Shown here: piece by piece, positions 1-10,475 of the stretch | Layout: every line of letters starts with the position of its first letter | Numbering within the stretch: the first letter of the stretch is position 1 | Source: Stramenopiles sp. TOSAG23-2 | Lineage: Eukaryota | Length of the DNA stretch: 34,030 nt | Assembly: GCA_900128395.1 (NCBI GenBank) | Contig: LT649353.1 | Coordinates: forward strand, 1-34,030 | Direction: 5' to 3' | The notes under the pieces: model-generated | The model's database searches: none | Seen by the model: only the letters and a program-made list of their open reading frames with translations | What the model was told of the DNA's origin: nothing | Made by a program: the position numbers and the translations under genes

Positions 1-138
1 TGTATATATCTCGTCTTATGTGTTGTGTGTATACAGGTAATTATATATATGATGTATGATGCATGTGAGAATATGTGAATTATGCTCACACGCTCACACT
101 ACTTTTTGGTTTTTGGTAAAAAAACACATCATCATCAT

Positions 139-197
139 CATACCTGGTATACTACCAGGTATGCAGGTAATCCAGGTAATCCTGGAATCCAGTAATC
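139..197. promoter_or_regulatory. 11-bp inverted repeat plus an array of CAGGTAATC-like motifs
   Basis: CATACCTGGTA-tac-TACCAGGTATG (139-163), then CAGGTAATC CAGGTAATC CTGGAATC CAGTAATC. The same motif family recurs at 20778 and 25771. Regulatory role is inferred. Confidence 0.4.
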
Positions 198-315
198 ACA
201 TGATGTTAATGTGCCCATGAAAAAATAATAGCTCTAATTCTACTATAATAGAAAAAAATAGAAGAAGTAAATAAAATAGTAAAATAGTAGTATCTAGTTG
301 TATATATATATATAT

Positions 316-593
316 GTACTTTAAAACGGATATTTGACTATATTATGTCTTTTTAAATTTTCACGATCAAAACCAAGGTAATGAAACAATGCAATTTTTC
401 CTGGGCAACTACCTTTACGAGTTGGTGTATATGTTGTATTTTTAAAGCAATTTGGTACTTTAAAACGGATATTTGACTATATTATGTCTTTTTAAATTTT
501 CACGATCAAAACCAAGGTAATGAAACAATGCAATTTTTCCTGGGCAACTACCTTTACGAGTTGGTGTATATGTTGTATTTTTAAAGCAATTTG
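316..593. repeat. Exact 139-bp tandem duplication covering the 3' end and stop codon of the 460-1209 gene
   Basis: 316-454 equals 455-593 (gtactttaaaacggatatttg...ttaaagcaatttg). Confidence 0.95.
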
Positions 594-1209
594 CCATTAC
601 TTTTTCACATAAATCCATTGTAAATGGTATTGCATTTTCTGTTGCTTTTCCAAATGTTGTAATATTCATTCCAACAGATGCAACTGCTTTATTTAAGAGA
701 GTTGGATTCCAAAATTGTTTAATATATGCAAATGCCCAACATTTACGTCCAAGTGTATCTGGGCTTTCTATTCTACTACCTGGTTTACGTGGCATATCAT
801 AATACTGAACTTGAAATACCATCCACGTATTCATCCAATTCCCACCAATATCTTGTGAAGACATATCAACGTTTAACCAATTGATTGTATCTTTTGCAAA
901 TGTCGTATTTAAACATGTATTTGGTGATACTAATGTATTTAAAATATCTTGCATATAAACAACTTGACTGGGCCAATCACAAGATGGTTTAGATGTCACA
1001 TTTTTCCATAAATCACCACAATATGATGAAGGTGCTTGTACTAAACTACCACATAACATTGCTTTTTGTTGAAGTAATAAAATATCAGATGCAGCACAAT
1101 TTTTTTCCATTTGTTGTAACTGTACAAGTTTATTTCCATTAATATTAGTAAATAATAATAATATTATTATTACTACTAATACATTCAATAAATTATTTGT
1201 CATCATCAT
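460..1209 (-). CDS. Secreted Cys-rich protein of unknown function (249 aa)
   Basis: Long ORF with a hydrophobic N-terminal signal-like segment (NLLNVLVVIIILLLFT) and several spaced Cys; no family recognised. Confidence 0.8.
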   Translation of the reverse strand: MMMTNNLLNVLVVIIILLLFTNINGNKLVQLQQMEKNCAASDILLLQQKAMLCGSLVQAPSSYCGDLWKNVTSKPSCDWPSQVVYMQDILNTLVSPNTCLNTTFAKDTINWLNVDMSSQDIGGNWMNTWMVFQVQYYDMPRKPGSRIESPDTLGRKCWAFAYIKQFWNPTLLNKAVASVGMNITTFGKATENAIPFTMDLCEKVMANCFKNTTYTPTRKGSCPGKIALFHYLGFDRENLKRHNIVKYPF

Positions 1210-1743
1210 TTTAAAAGGATTATTCTCTGTACGATCTTCAACTTCAGAATTAAATTGTTGCGAAGGTTGGTAAGATTGAGGAGGTGTTGAGGAGGTTGTT
1301 TTGTTACATCAGCAAGTTTCTCTCTTTCTCTAGGTTGTAAATCACATACATATACAGTATAATATTACTGCAATCCTCTCTGCTGCTGCAACAATATATC
1401 TTATTCGAAGAAAACGCTGTGTGTGTTGTGTGTGAATCCAATTAGTTTTTTAGCCTATATAATATATTATAGTGTAATAAGTAATACAAAATACACAGTC
1501 AAAAATTACATCCGCGTCCATCACTTATTTTTTTACAAAAAAGACAAAATAAAAAGCACACTATACCTGTATTACTTGTATCGATAACACTACACTGGCA
1601 CATGTTGTATTATTATTAGTTTGAAAATAATTTTTTATAAATTTAATCTAGATTTAAGTACATAGAAAAAAACGTTTTGATGGTTATAAGAAGAAGAATT
1701 GTATATAGTAACATTCACATTACATACATAGTTGAATACAAAC

Positions 1744-3819
1744 ATGACGGCATTAGTTGGAAGTTGGACATTACGTTTTCGTTTTCAAGGAAAAGTGTCA
1801 TCGATTCCTAATTTAATTGGACCAGATACGAAATATATACAGTTAAAACAATTATTGACTGAAAAAGGTAATGTTTGTTTCGGGATTGATCCAAATCAAT
1901 TAAGATTTCGTGGTGGTTTTCCACCACGTGTAATACAATTATCTGACAATGAATCTATTAGTAAAAATAATTTGATACGAAATAAAGATATGTTGCATGT
2001 AGAATTAATTGATAACAATGGTAATAGAATACCGGTTGCATCCCCAAATGGCAGCAATAGCAGCAGTGGCGGCATCAGCAGTAATAATAATGATGGTAAA
2101 AGAAACAATAATAATAATAGGACGACGATAAAAAATAAAAAAATAATAAGTAGTATCGATTTAACAAAAAATACTTTACAACAACATGGTGAAGAATGGA
2201 TTCCAGAAAATGATGAAGATATAAAAATGCAAGCAAATGTACCTGTTCGCAGATCAGCAAGAGAAAGAAAACCAAGTGAAAGACAATATATATTACCGCC
2301 TGATGAAAAAAAAAAGAAAAAAAGAAAACGTAGTAGTAATAAGACCTCCTCCTTTATTAAAAAAAGTCCATCTTCCACTACTAATAATAATATGAAAAAA
2401 AAAGTTGGTGTACATACATTAAATAGTAGTAGCATAGGTAGTAGCAAAAAATCTTCTTCTGCTTCTGCTTCTAGTAGTAGTAGTAGGAAAAAGTGGAGAG
2501 GAATGAAAGGAAGAGGAAGGCGTATTGGTATTGCTGGTGAAGAAGATGCAACAGCTAAATTAGTCAGTGCATTGACACCTGGTAATTCAAGTGATCCAAT
2601 TGGACGATTTTTTCGTTTTGCTACAAAATCAGCTGTACGAAAGCAATATGATATTACACGTGCAAATAATCGTTTTAAAAGTATTTTATTAAATGAATAT
2701 GAAATCAAAGAAGATCAAAACACTAGAACATTAGGTGATAGTAGTGGTAACAATGAGTCTGTAAGTGTTCGATTAAAAGTCAGGTTTAAAAAAGGTCCGC
2801 GTTCATGGGAAGAAGAAGAAGTTGATGCTATACCACGTGATGCATTGAAAATTCTTGTGCTTCAGATATTACATGAACAAGGTGATGCAGGAAAAGAATT
2901 ATTAAAACCACATTTAATGGCGGAAGTATCACCACGTACATTTTGGAGTATCGTGCATTTTTATGGTAAAGATATACCATTGGCATTGAAAACAATGTGC
3001 CCTGATGTTGATTTTAAATTTTTAAATGAAAGAGCAAAGAAATTTTCAGAGAAAGCATTGATACATCAACAACGAATGAAGGAAAAGGAGGAAAGAGCAA
3101 GACAACGTTTGGAGAAAAAATTAGCACGAGAAAAGAAAAAAATAGAAAAAGAAGCAAGAGAAAATTTAGAACAATTAAATGCTGATAATAGCAATAGTAA
3201 TAATGACAACAATAAGAATGAGAAGGAGGAGGAAATCCCGAAAGAACAAGGTAATAATTTGACGCCGACAACAACAACAACGACGACGACTACTACTACT
3301 ACTACTACTACTGCCACAACAACAAGTGCACCATCGTCACCTTCAGTATCATCCACCATTGTTGTTGAAAATCCAATGTTATTGTTTTTGAAACCAGAAA
3401 TGATTGCAACATTATTAAGTGTATGTGAAATAACTAATGTTGAAGAATTAGCTGATGGTGATGTAGAAGAAATATTTGATGATCTTGAAGATGCAGATGA
3501 TTTTGATTCTTCTAAGATTACGCAAGATCTAGTATCTGCATGGGTTGATCGTGCACGTGAAGAATCATTGGTTTATATTATGTCTAGATTATTGAATGTT
3601 GAGATTGATCATCCATTATTAACAATCCTTGCATCAAATGGAATCATTGCACCAAGGGATCTTTCTGTATATAAAGCAAGTGATTTACATGCGAAATTAA
3701 AATTGGATAGTGTTAGTGTTGAAGATATTGAAAATTGGAGAGTAAAAGCATGGGGAGTATTAGGTTCCAAACCATGGTTAGCTGAATATTTTCATATGGA
3801 CAACGTTCAAAAGGGTTGA
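1744..3819 (+). CDS. Protein with N-terminal ubiquitin-like (OTU1/UBX-like, GFPPR) domain, basic low-complexity linker, coiled coil and C-terminal helix-hairpin-helix-like repeats
   Basis: Long ORF; first in-frame ATG at 1744. N-terminus has LRFRF...LKQLL...QLRFRGGFPPRVI; NLS-like KKKKKRKR; C-terminal EITNVEELAD and LASNGIIAPRDL resemble HhH motifs. Confidence 0.8.
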   Translation: MTALVGSWTLRFRFQGKVSSIPNLIGPDTKYIQLKQLLTEKGNVCFGIDPNQLRFRGGFPPRVIQLSDNESISKNNLIRNKDMLHVELIDNNGNRIPVASPNGSNSSSGGISSNNNDGKRNNNNNRTTIKNKKIISSIDLTKNTLQQHGEEWIPENDEDIKMQANVPVRRSARERKPSERQYILPPDEKKKKKRKRSSNKTSSFIKKSPSSTTNNNMKKKVGVHTLNSSSIGSSKKSSSASASSSSSRKKWRGMKGRGRRIGIAGEEDATAKLVSALTPGNSSDPIGRFFRFATKSAVRKQYDITRANNRFKSILLNEYEIKEDQNTRTLGDSSGNNESVSVRLKVRFKKGPRSWEEEEVDAIPRDALKILVLQILHEQGDAGKELLKPHLMAEVSPRTFWSIVHFYGKDIPLALKTMCPDVDFKFLNERAKKFSEKALIHQQRMKEKEERARQRLEKKLAREKKKIEKEARENLEQLNADNSNSNNDNNKNEKEEEIPKEQGNNLTPTTTTTTTTTTTTTTTATTTSAPSSPSVSSTIVVENPMLLFLKPEMIATLLSVCEITNVEELADGDVEEIFDDLEDADDFDSSKITQDLVSAWVDRAREESLVYIMSRLLNVEIDHPLLTILASNGIIAPRDLSVYKASDLHAKLKLDSVSVEDIENWRVKAWGVLGSKPWLAEYFHMDNVQKG

Positions 3820-3919
3820 ATAAATGATATTGTTCGACTGTCAAACATACCTGTAATATTTTCATATGGACAACGTTCAAAAGGGTTGAATAAATGATAT
3901 TGTTCGACTGTTAAACATA
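3785..3919. repeat. 65-bp tandem duplication (period 70) spanning the stop codon of the 1744-3819 gene
   Basis: 3785-3849 vs 3855-3919, one C/T mismatch. Confidence 0.95.
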
Positions 3920-4177
3920 ATATATATATATTTCTATGTGTGTGGTGAATTGATCTATAATTGTTGTGAGGTAAATAAATGTTTATTAATATAGTGCTGT
4001 GTAAAATCTAGGTCCTAGACTTTTCAATATCAATAATATAGCAAATGGGTGCATTGATAATCGGTGGATTGCAATTTTTAATGTTTAATTGCTGCTTTAT
4101 TAAATATATTTTGGTGTTGTGGTAAATCGAATAAAGTTCAGAGATGATGATGTATTTACGTGTGTGTATGATAATAT

Positions 4178-4216
4178 ATATATGATGGTTAAAATCTAAA
4201 GTTATAATAATTTTAC
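4178..4216 (+). repeat. Dispersed element copy A (5' part only)
   Basis: atatatgatggttaaaatctaaagttataataattttac matches the copies at 7551 and 29695. Confidence 0.8.
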
Positions 4217-4376
4217 GTAATATATATTATAATATTAATGAAAATATGCATATAAAATATTATATATATTACGAGTTAAAGCGAGATGGTTTTTAAAAAA
4301 AGTGTGAAAGAGAAAAGGGAAAATATGACATACTAAAAAATGTTTTTTTTGTATTTATATTTTAAAAAACTTTTTT

Positions 4377-5317
4377 TTAGTGATTTAAATCACCATTACG
4401 TGCTCCTACATATCTACCATTTTCATCATAACGATTTGCTTTTCCACCTTTTGAACGTAAAAGTGCAATGATCTCTTGGTCAAGTGGACTACGATTATCA
4501 TATGCCATGTCCAGGGGAGTGCGTGTCCCCCAGGCCTTCTTATTAATATTATCAAGAGACATATGAGTTAATAACAATTGAATCAACTCAGTATTCGTTC
4601 TGTTATAAAATGCTGCAAAATGTAATGCATTCATTCCATTACTATTTGCAATATTAGGATCAGCTTCACCTTGTTCAATTAAATATTTAACTACTTGGAA
4701 ATGTTCGCCGTATGCAGCTATCATTAAAGGTGTACGTTCATAACCATGACTAATTTTACCGACTTGATTCACCTTTTCTTTCAATGTCATATCATCTCTG
4801 TAGCCATTCACATCACGATTAGTAATATCCTTGTGATAAGTATGAAGATTCATAAATAATTCTACATCATCCATACGTCCGTGTTCACATGCACATACAA
4901 TAGGTGTTGGTATTCGATCTCGGTACTCGATTACTGTACCCTTTTATATCTTTCAATTAATAAATAAAGTCTTCTCGCTGGATGTGAAAGTATCAACTCA
5001 ATTATACTTCTTCTACCTTCATAACTAAGACTTAATGCTATATCACGCACACGTTCAAAATCATCAGATCCAAATACTTTCCTCAATTGCTGTATTAAAG
5101 AAGATCGTTTCACATTACATAATGATCTAATGTCTAGATATTGAAATATATTTAACAAGATCCCACATGCAGATTCCATTCCAGCTGGTAAAACTAATAT
5201 ACCAATCTTTATAGGTGGTGGTGCCCGTTTTCGTCTCTTCGCCGGCGGCAATGCCTCCGTCATCCAATATAGTGACGGAGGCGGCGGGGCTGTATCTTTT
5301 GATAAAAACGAACCCAT
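4377..5317 (-). pseudogene. F-box + ankyrin-repeat gene split by a frameshift near 4935-4945 (pseudogene or sequence error)
   Basis: Upstream ORF has MGSFLSK (myristoylation-like) and F-box-like LPAG...ILLNIFQYLDIRSLCNV. The downstream frame is open from about 4941 and reads KGTVIEYRDRIPTPIVCACEHGRMDDV, then ankyrin repeats TPLMIAAYGEHFQVVKYLIEQG, NALHFAA and TPLDMA. Confidence 0.7.
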
Positions 5318-5846
5318 CTTGATATGTTCTTTGTCTCTCTCTTTATCTATCTACGTTTATGTATATATATATACATATATATTATTTTTATGTGATGTGT
5401 ACATTCATTTCGTGATATAAGATAATTGAAATAATAGTCGATGAAATAATTAAAATAATATGATGATTTCCAATACTATTTCCATAGTAATTTACCAGGA
5501 TCTATAAAAAGTGCATGTCTCAAAACTTTTTAGTTAGTAGTCCTGATTTGCCACCCCTGATGCTTTACTGCAGAGGATCCGACCTTCTTTTTAGGGCCGG
5601 GCCTGCTGCTGTGGCCTGCTGGTTATTTATCAAGGTCCTATTATTTAGACTTTTAAGTGCTGTAATTTCAGCTTTAAGGTACATGGCTCATGTTAATGAT
5701 GTTGAATTTAACCACACAAAAACAAAAACAAATTTAAATTAATAAAAATAGATTAAGATATTACATATATCACAAGGAATAGAGTAATTGTAGTGATATA
5801 ATATACTTCCGTAAATATCATATCAATACATATATATATACAACAT

Positions 5847-6079
5847 ATATATATATTGGAATTACCAACAACAACGATCATCGATAGAATATACAGGAAA
5901 TAAAATTAATAATCATAGCATATAATATATATATATAAGTTATAAACTAATCATAACATGGCAGATATATATATTGGAATTACCAACAACAACGATCATC
6001 GATAGAATATACAGGAAATATAATAATAATAATAGCATATAATATATATATAAGTTATAAACTTATTATAACATGGCAG
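5847..6079. repeat. Diverged tandem duplication (~117 bp) of the kynureninase upstream region including ATGGCAG
   Basis: About 5847-5964 vs 5965-6079; both end in ataacATGGCAG; several substitutions and indels. Confidence 0.9.
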
Positions 6080-7419
6080 CATTTTACGATATGAATACCC
6101 CAGGCCATAAAACCATACAATCTTTAGTGGAAAAAGTTGGATTTGAATATAATACAAAAGCATTTGCTATGAAAATGGATGAAGAGGATGAGTTAAAATC
6201 ATTTCGTAACGAGTTTCACTTTCCACCAGGTATTGATGATAAACCATCAATATATTTATGTGGTAATTCATTAGGTATCCAGCCAAAGAATACGGTTCCA
6301 TATGTCACGGAAGAATTGGAAAAATGGCAAAAATATGGTGTCGAAGGACACTTTCCTGGTGTGAATCCAGTAAGGCCATGGGTTACTGCAGATGAGCATT
6401 GCCGGGATGACATGGCAGCAATTGTAGGAGCAAAACCAGTTGAAGTTGCTATTATGAACAGTTTAACAGTGAATTTACATGTATTGATGTGTGCGTTTTA
6501 CAATCCAACACCAACACGTTATAAAATTTTAATGGAAGGCAAAGCATTTCCAAGTGATAAATTTGCATTGCAATCACAAGCAAAGTTCCATGGATATGGT
6601 GATGACGCTATTGTAGAAGTATGGCCAAGGGAAAATGAGACATATGTACAAACTGAGGATATTGTCCAAGCAATTAATGAACAAGGGGATGAAATTGCAC
6701 TTGTATTATTCAGTGGTATTCAATATTATACTGGGCAATTATTTGATATGAAAACTATTTCTAATGCAGCTCGTGCCAAAGGATGTAAAGTAGGATTTGA
6801 TTTAGCACATGCAGTTGGAAATGCACCATTGTCATTACATGATTGGGGATGTGATTTTGCATGTTGGTGTACGTATAAATATTTAAATTCTGGACCTGGA
6901 AATATTGGCGGTGCATTTGTACATGAGCGATATGAAAATGATGAAAATTTGTCCCGCCTTGTAGGCTGGTGGGGTCATCGAAAAGAAGATAGGTTTGAAA
7001 TGGAACATAAATTTATCCCTTCCCCAGGTGCACAAAGTTTTATGATGTCAAATCCACCGGTTCTTTGCACTGCTGCATTGCGTGCTAGTACCGATTTATT
7101 CAAAGCAGCAACGATGGAACGATTACGATTTAAATCATTGCGTTTGACAGCATATTTGGAAATTTTAGTAGACACCCTTTTAAAAGATAAAGTAGATATT
7201 ATTACACCACGTGATCCTGTGCAACGTGGTGCACAATTATCATTGGTTTTTCGTCAAAATGTTGTAAAAATTCATGAAGCTATTTCTGCAAAAGGTGTTA
7301 TTTGCGATGTTCGCAAACCAGATGTTATGCGTATAGCACCTACACCATTATATAATACTTTTCTGGATGTTTTTGAGTTTGTTAATTTATTGAATGATGA
7401 GTTATCGAAAATGAATTGA
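6073..7419 (+). CDS. KYNU: Kynureninase (PLP-dependent L-kynurenine hydrolase), eukaryotic type
   Basis: IYLCGNSLGIQPK, MNSLTVNLH, KAFPSD, GFDLAHAVGN, PLP-lysine motif WCTYKYLNSGPG, GWWGH, SNPP, RGAQLS, RIAPTPLYNTF. Confidence 0.97.
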   Translation: MAAFYDMNTPGHKTIQSLVEKVGFEYNTKAFAMKMDEEDELKSFRNEFHFPPGIDDKPSIYLCGNSLGIQPKNTVPYVTEELEKWQKYGVEGHFPGVNPVRPWVTADEHCRDDMAAIVGAKPVEVAIMNSLTVNLHVLMCAFYNPTPTRYKILMEGKAFPSDKFALQSQAKFHGYGDDAIVEVWPRENETYVQTEDIVQAINEQGDEIALVLFSGIQYYTGQLFDMKTISNAARAKGCKVGFDLAHAVGNAPLSLHDWGCDFACWCTYKYLNSGPGNIGGAFVHERYENDENLSRLVGWWGHRKEDRFEMEHKFIPSPGAQSFMMSNPPVLCTAALRASTDLFKAATMERLRFKSLRLTAYLEILVDTLLKDKVDIITPRDPVQRGAQLSLVFRQNVVKIHEAISAKGVICDVRKPDVMRIAPTPLYNTFLDVFEFVNLLNDELSKMN

Positions 7420-7550
7420 AAATTAAGAAGTTGAATTTTTTGAAAAAAGGCGCGGGGATGTAGTTGTAAGATGGTGGCGCTCTTTAATTTTACAAATATT
7501 TTAAATATATATGACATGAATAAGAGAATTTTTTATGATATATATATGTC

Positions 7551-7763
7551 ATATATGATGGGTTAAAATCTAAGTTTATAATAATTTTACACTTCCCGTG
7601 CTAAGTAATATGCTCAATACTCAATCGCAAGAAATAAAAGATATTTAAAATAAAAAAAATGTATATACTCGTGTATATAATACGAATTTTACACTTCCCG
7701 TGCTAAGTAATATGCTCAATACTCAATCGCAAGAAATAAAATATTACTCGTATATAATACGAA
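7551..7763 (+). repeat. Dispersed element copy B (7551-7638) plus local tandem re-copy of its 3' part (7685-7763)
   Basis: ttttacacttcccgtgctaagtaatatgctcaatactcaatcgcaagaaataaa occurs twice; each copy is followed (after an AT-rich spacer) by tactcg(tg)tatataatacgaa. Confidence 0.9.
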
Positions 7764-7806
7764 AAGTTCGTATTAAAAAAAAAAACCATAAAAAAGATAT
7801 TTTTGT

Positions 7807-9738
7807 TTACTTCCTCTTTACAAAATACGATTTAATACTTTCAGTCTTTTTCTTTTTCTTTCGTCGTTGCGATATATTAATCATCCCATTTTTGTTGGGC
7901 GATGTACCAACCCTACTAGAATTGGAAGAAGCTAAAATTTCTTCTTGGATGTTTTTCGGTAATTGATCAAAAACAGATTTATCAATATTTGAAGGAAGAA
8001 CATTTGTATTACGAAGGTTTGTCTTATTATTATTATTATTGATTATGACAGGTCCAGATGCTTCTATATGTTTCAATGTTTGTTTTGGCTTCGAGGAAGT
8101 AGTATTAGCTATCAACAACGGCGATTTCAATTTATTATTATTATTGTGAGTAGAAAAAAAAGTATCAATACTTTTTGTATTATTTTTTCCAACAGATTCA
8201 AATGATGTACATGATAGTCCAATCAATGTTAAAATCCAATTCTCGACATTTGAAACTTCAAGTATTAATTTATCAAATAATGATTTTCCAATTTTCAAAA
8301 TATGATCAGAATGATTGATATGTATTGGTAATCTAGCACTTTTTGTGATCCTACTTCCAAAATAACCAACACTTTTCTCACGTATTTTCAATATTAAAAT
8401 GGTTGGTTGTCTATTATACAATATTTTATCCTCCACCAATCGTACATATAGATCTTTGCTCAATGCATCTAAATATAAATGCACTTGCTTTTTATTAGTA
8501 ACACCCAACATAGAATCTTCAATAGCTATACTTTTTGGTGCTTCTTGCTCTACAATATTGATTTCATCAATACCACGAAATGCTAAAAACAAAAAACGAC
8601 CAATACGTTCACCGAATTCTCCAATTAAAAAACTCAATGAAAATTTTTCAAACAAAGCATCTTTTACATGGAAAATGTTCAAAGTTTCATTTAATTTCTT
8701 CACTATAATTCTTCCGATTCCAGAAATATTATTCACAGGCAAATCTAACATTACCGGTAAAACTGCTTCGGTATAAATCGCAGTTTGTTGATTTGGTTTA
8801 TGCATATTAACAGCTAATTTAGAAACAATTTTATTTTGTGCAATCCCTGCGCAACATTCAACTTGAATGTTTTTATAAATGTATGCTCGTAACTGAAATG
8901 CAATATTGTTTGCAATTTGTATCATTTTATTTTGATGGTGATAATTAATAATGCTTCCACCTCTATCACTATGATTTGAAACGTTTCCATTTAATACATG
9001 GCACGTATTATCATTACTTTGTATATTCGTGCTATTGCTAGTCCCATCATCCATGAAAATATTATCAACAATATACGAAGTTAATGATGATACATCAATA
9101 AACAATTCATCCAATCCTGATTTCAAGCAATTTGGAACTTCAATTTTATTATCATCATCATCATCATCATTATTATTATTATTAGCAATTTCTGCATTAA
9201 TTTTATTCACATACTTCACAAAAAACGACTTTGTTGCATTAAAGATATCTTTGGATGTTTTACGAAATGGCGTTAAATCTTCCCCCGATCTTAATACAAG
9301 GTTTGGACATATTTCTCTTGCTTCTGATATCAATTGCAATTTTTTCACTCCGTGTGTTCTAGCTGGATAGTTACACGTTACCACTATATGTTTTTGCGTG
9401 ACAGCAAATGGTTTATATTTATACTTCTTATTTTCATCTTTCAATAACAATGTTTGCGCATAGAACGCATCTACATCTAAACAGATAACTGCAGTGGAAG
9501 ATCTAGCTTTTCCAATAAGTTTCCAACCTTTATCAAGTTCATTTTGTTGTCGTTCATTTAATATTATTTTACACCGTTCTTTTACTGTTTTATATTTATA
9601 ATTATGTACATCAACACGTATGGTATTATTATTCAATTCTTGCTTGCTTTTTCGTTTTCGTTTTTTAAATACACTCGAACTTCCGCCTGATTTATAGTGA
9701 ATAGTTCTTGTTTTTTCTCCATCTTCATAATCCATCAT
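7807..9738 (-). CDS. POLI: Y-family translesion DNA polymerase, iota-like
   Basis: ICLDVDAFYAQ, VTQKHIVVTCNYPAR, CPNLVLRSGEDLTPFR, GLDELFIDV, GIAQNKIVSKLA, HKPNQQT; C-terminal UBM LPSNIDKSVFDQLPKNIQEEIL; PIP-like SIDTFF and SIKSYF. Confidence 0.88.
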   Translation of the reverse strand: MMDYEDGEKTRTIHYKSGGSSSVFKKRKRKSKQELNNNTIRVDVHNYKYKTVKERCKIILNERQQNELDKGWKLIGKARSSTAVICLDVDAFYAQTLLLKDENKKYKYKPFAVTQKHIVVTCNYPARTHGVKKLQLISEAREICPNLVLRSGEDLTPFRKTSKDIFNATKSFFVKYVNKINAEIANNNNNDDDDDDNKIEVPNCLKSGLDELFIDVSSLTSYIVDNIFMDDGTSNSTNIQSNDNTCHVLNGNVSNHSDRGGSIINYHHQNKMIQIANNIAFQLRAYIYKNIQVECCAGIAQNKIVSKLAVNMHKPNQQTAIYTEAVLPVMLDLPVNNISGIGRIIVKKLNETLNIFHVKDALFEKFSLSFLIGEFGERIGRFLFLAFRGIDEINIVEQEAPKSIAIEDSMLGVTNKKQVHLYLDALSKDLYVRLVEDKILYNRQPTILILKIREKSVGYFGSRITKSARLPIHINHSDHILKIGKSLFDKLILEVSNVENWILTLIGLSCTSFESVGKNNTKSIDTFFSTHNNNNKLKSPLLIANTTSSKPKQTLKHIEASGPVIINNNNNKTNLRNTNVLPSNIDKSVFDQLPKNIQEEILASSNSSRVGTSPNKNGMINISQRRKKKKKTESIKSYFVKRK

Positions 9739-10475
9739 CCTTATTGCATCTGATTCCAGTATTCTACATCTATAGTTATAATGATTACGATTTCAATTTA
9801 TAAAAAATGTCTATAATATTGAAATAATACTAAATATATGTTTTTTGCATAATAAAAATGATGATGAGATGTGCAGATGTGCAAATCTCATGATGAATTT
9901 GAATTAGCACTACTCCATTCCATCACTAAATGCTAAATCAAAAAAAAAATTATTCTTTTTTTTTTGGAGATATTATGTGGTATGTGGTTCAAAAATCAAA
10001 AGTATTCACCTGCTACCTGCTACGTACGAGCGTACAGTAAACTCATAGCATATATTAGACTAATAATACTACAAGTAGTAGTTCATCGATTCCATCCATT
10101 AAAAAAAAGATAAGGCACTAAGTTATGAATGATCGTTTTGCGGTGCAAGGCCACATGAAGAAGACGGAAAAGCACAAAAAGATGAATAAATAAAGCTTAT
10201 TTATAACGATATATAGTGTCAATACTCACAATCAATATTTGATATCTCTCATATACATCATATTATATATATATATATGATATAAATAAATAAGTTGTGG
10301 AACATATTATCACTTCATTAATAACGGCATATTATAATTCGGAAAGACGGTTATTTTAAAGTTTCATATCACTTTTCGTGGTTGTATATATTGTACTTTC
10401 TAAGGTGTGTCTGTGTGTGCTTGATTGAATTTCCCCTATAATAACGACAAATAATAATATAAAAATATAATAATT

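Noticed and set aside
1896-3359. Antisense ORFs (270, 97, 88 aa and others) rich in L/F/V
   Set aside because: Reverse-strand shadows of Lys/Asn/Thr-rich codons in the real + gene.
5515-5742. 75-aa ORF
   Set aside because: No recognisable motif; open frame explained by the locally higher GC.
7551-7638. Dispersed element as a C/D snoRNA or tRNA-derived SINE
   Set aside because: Only an imperfect C box (ATGATGG), no CTGA D box, no A/B boxes or cloverleaf.
7807-9738. Bacterial DinB/UmuC or prophage mutagenesis cassette
   Set aside because: UBM, PIP-like boxes and poly-Asn inserts indicate a eukaryotic Pol iota.
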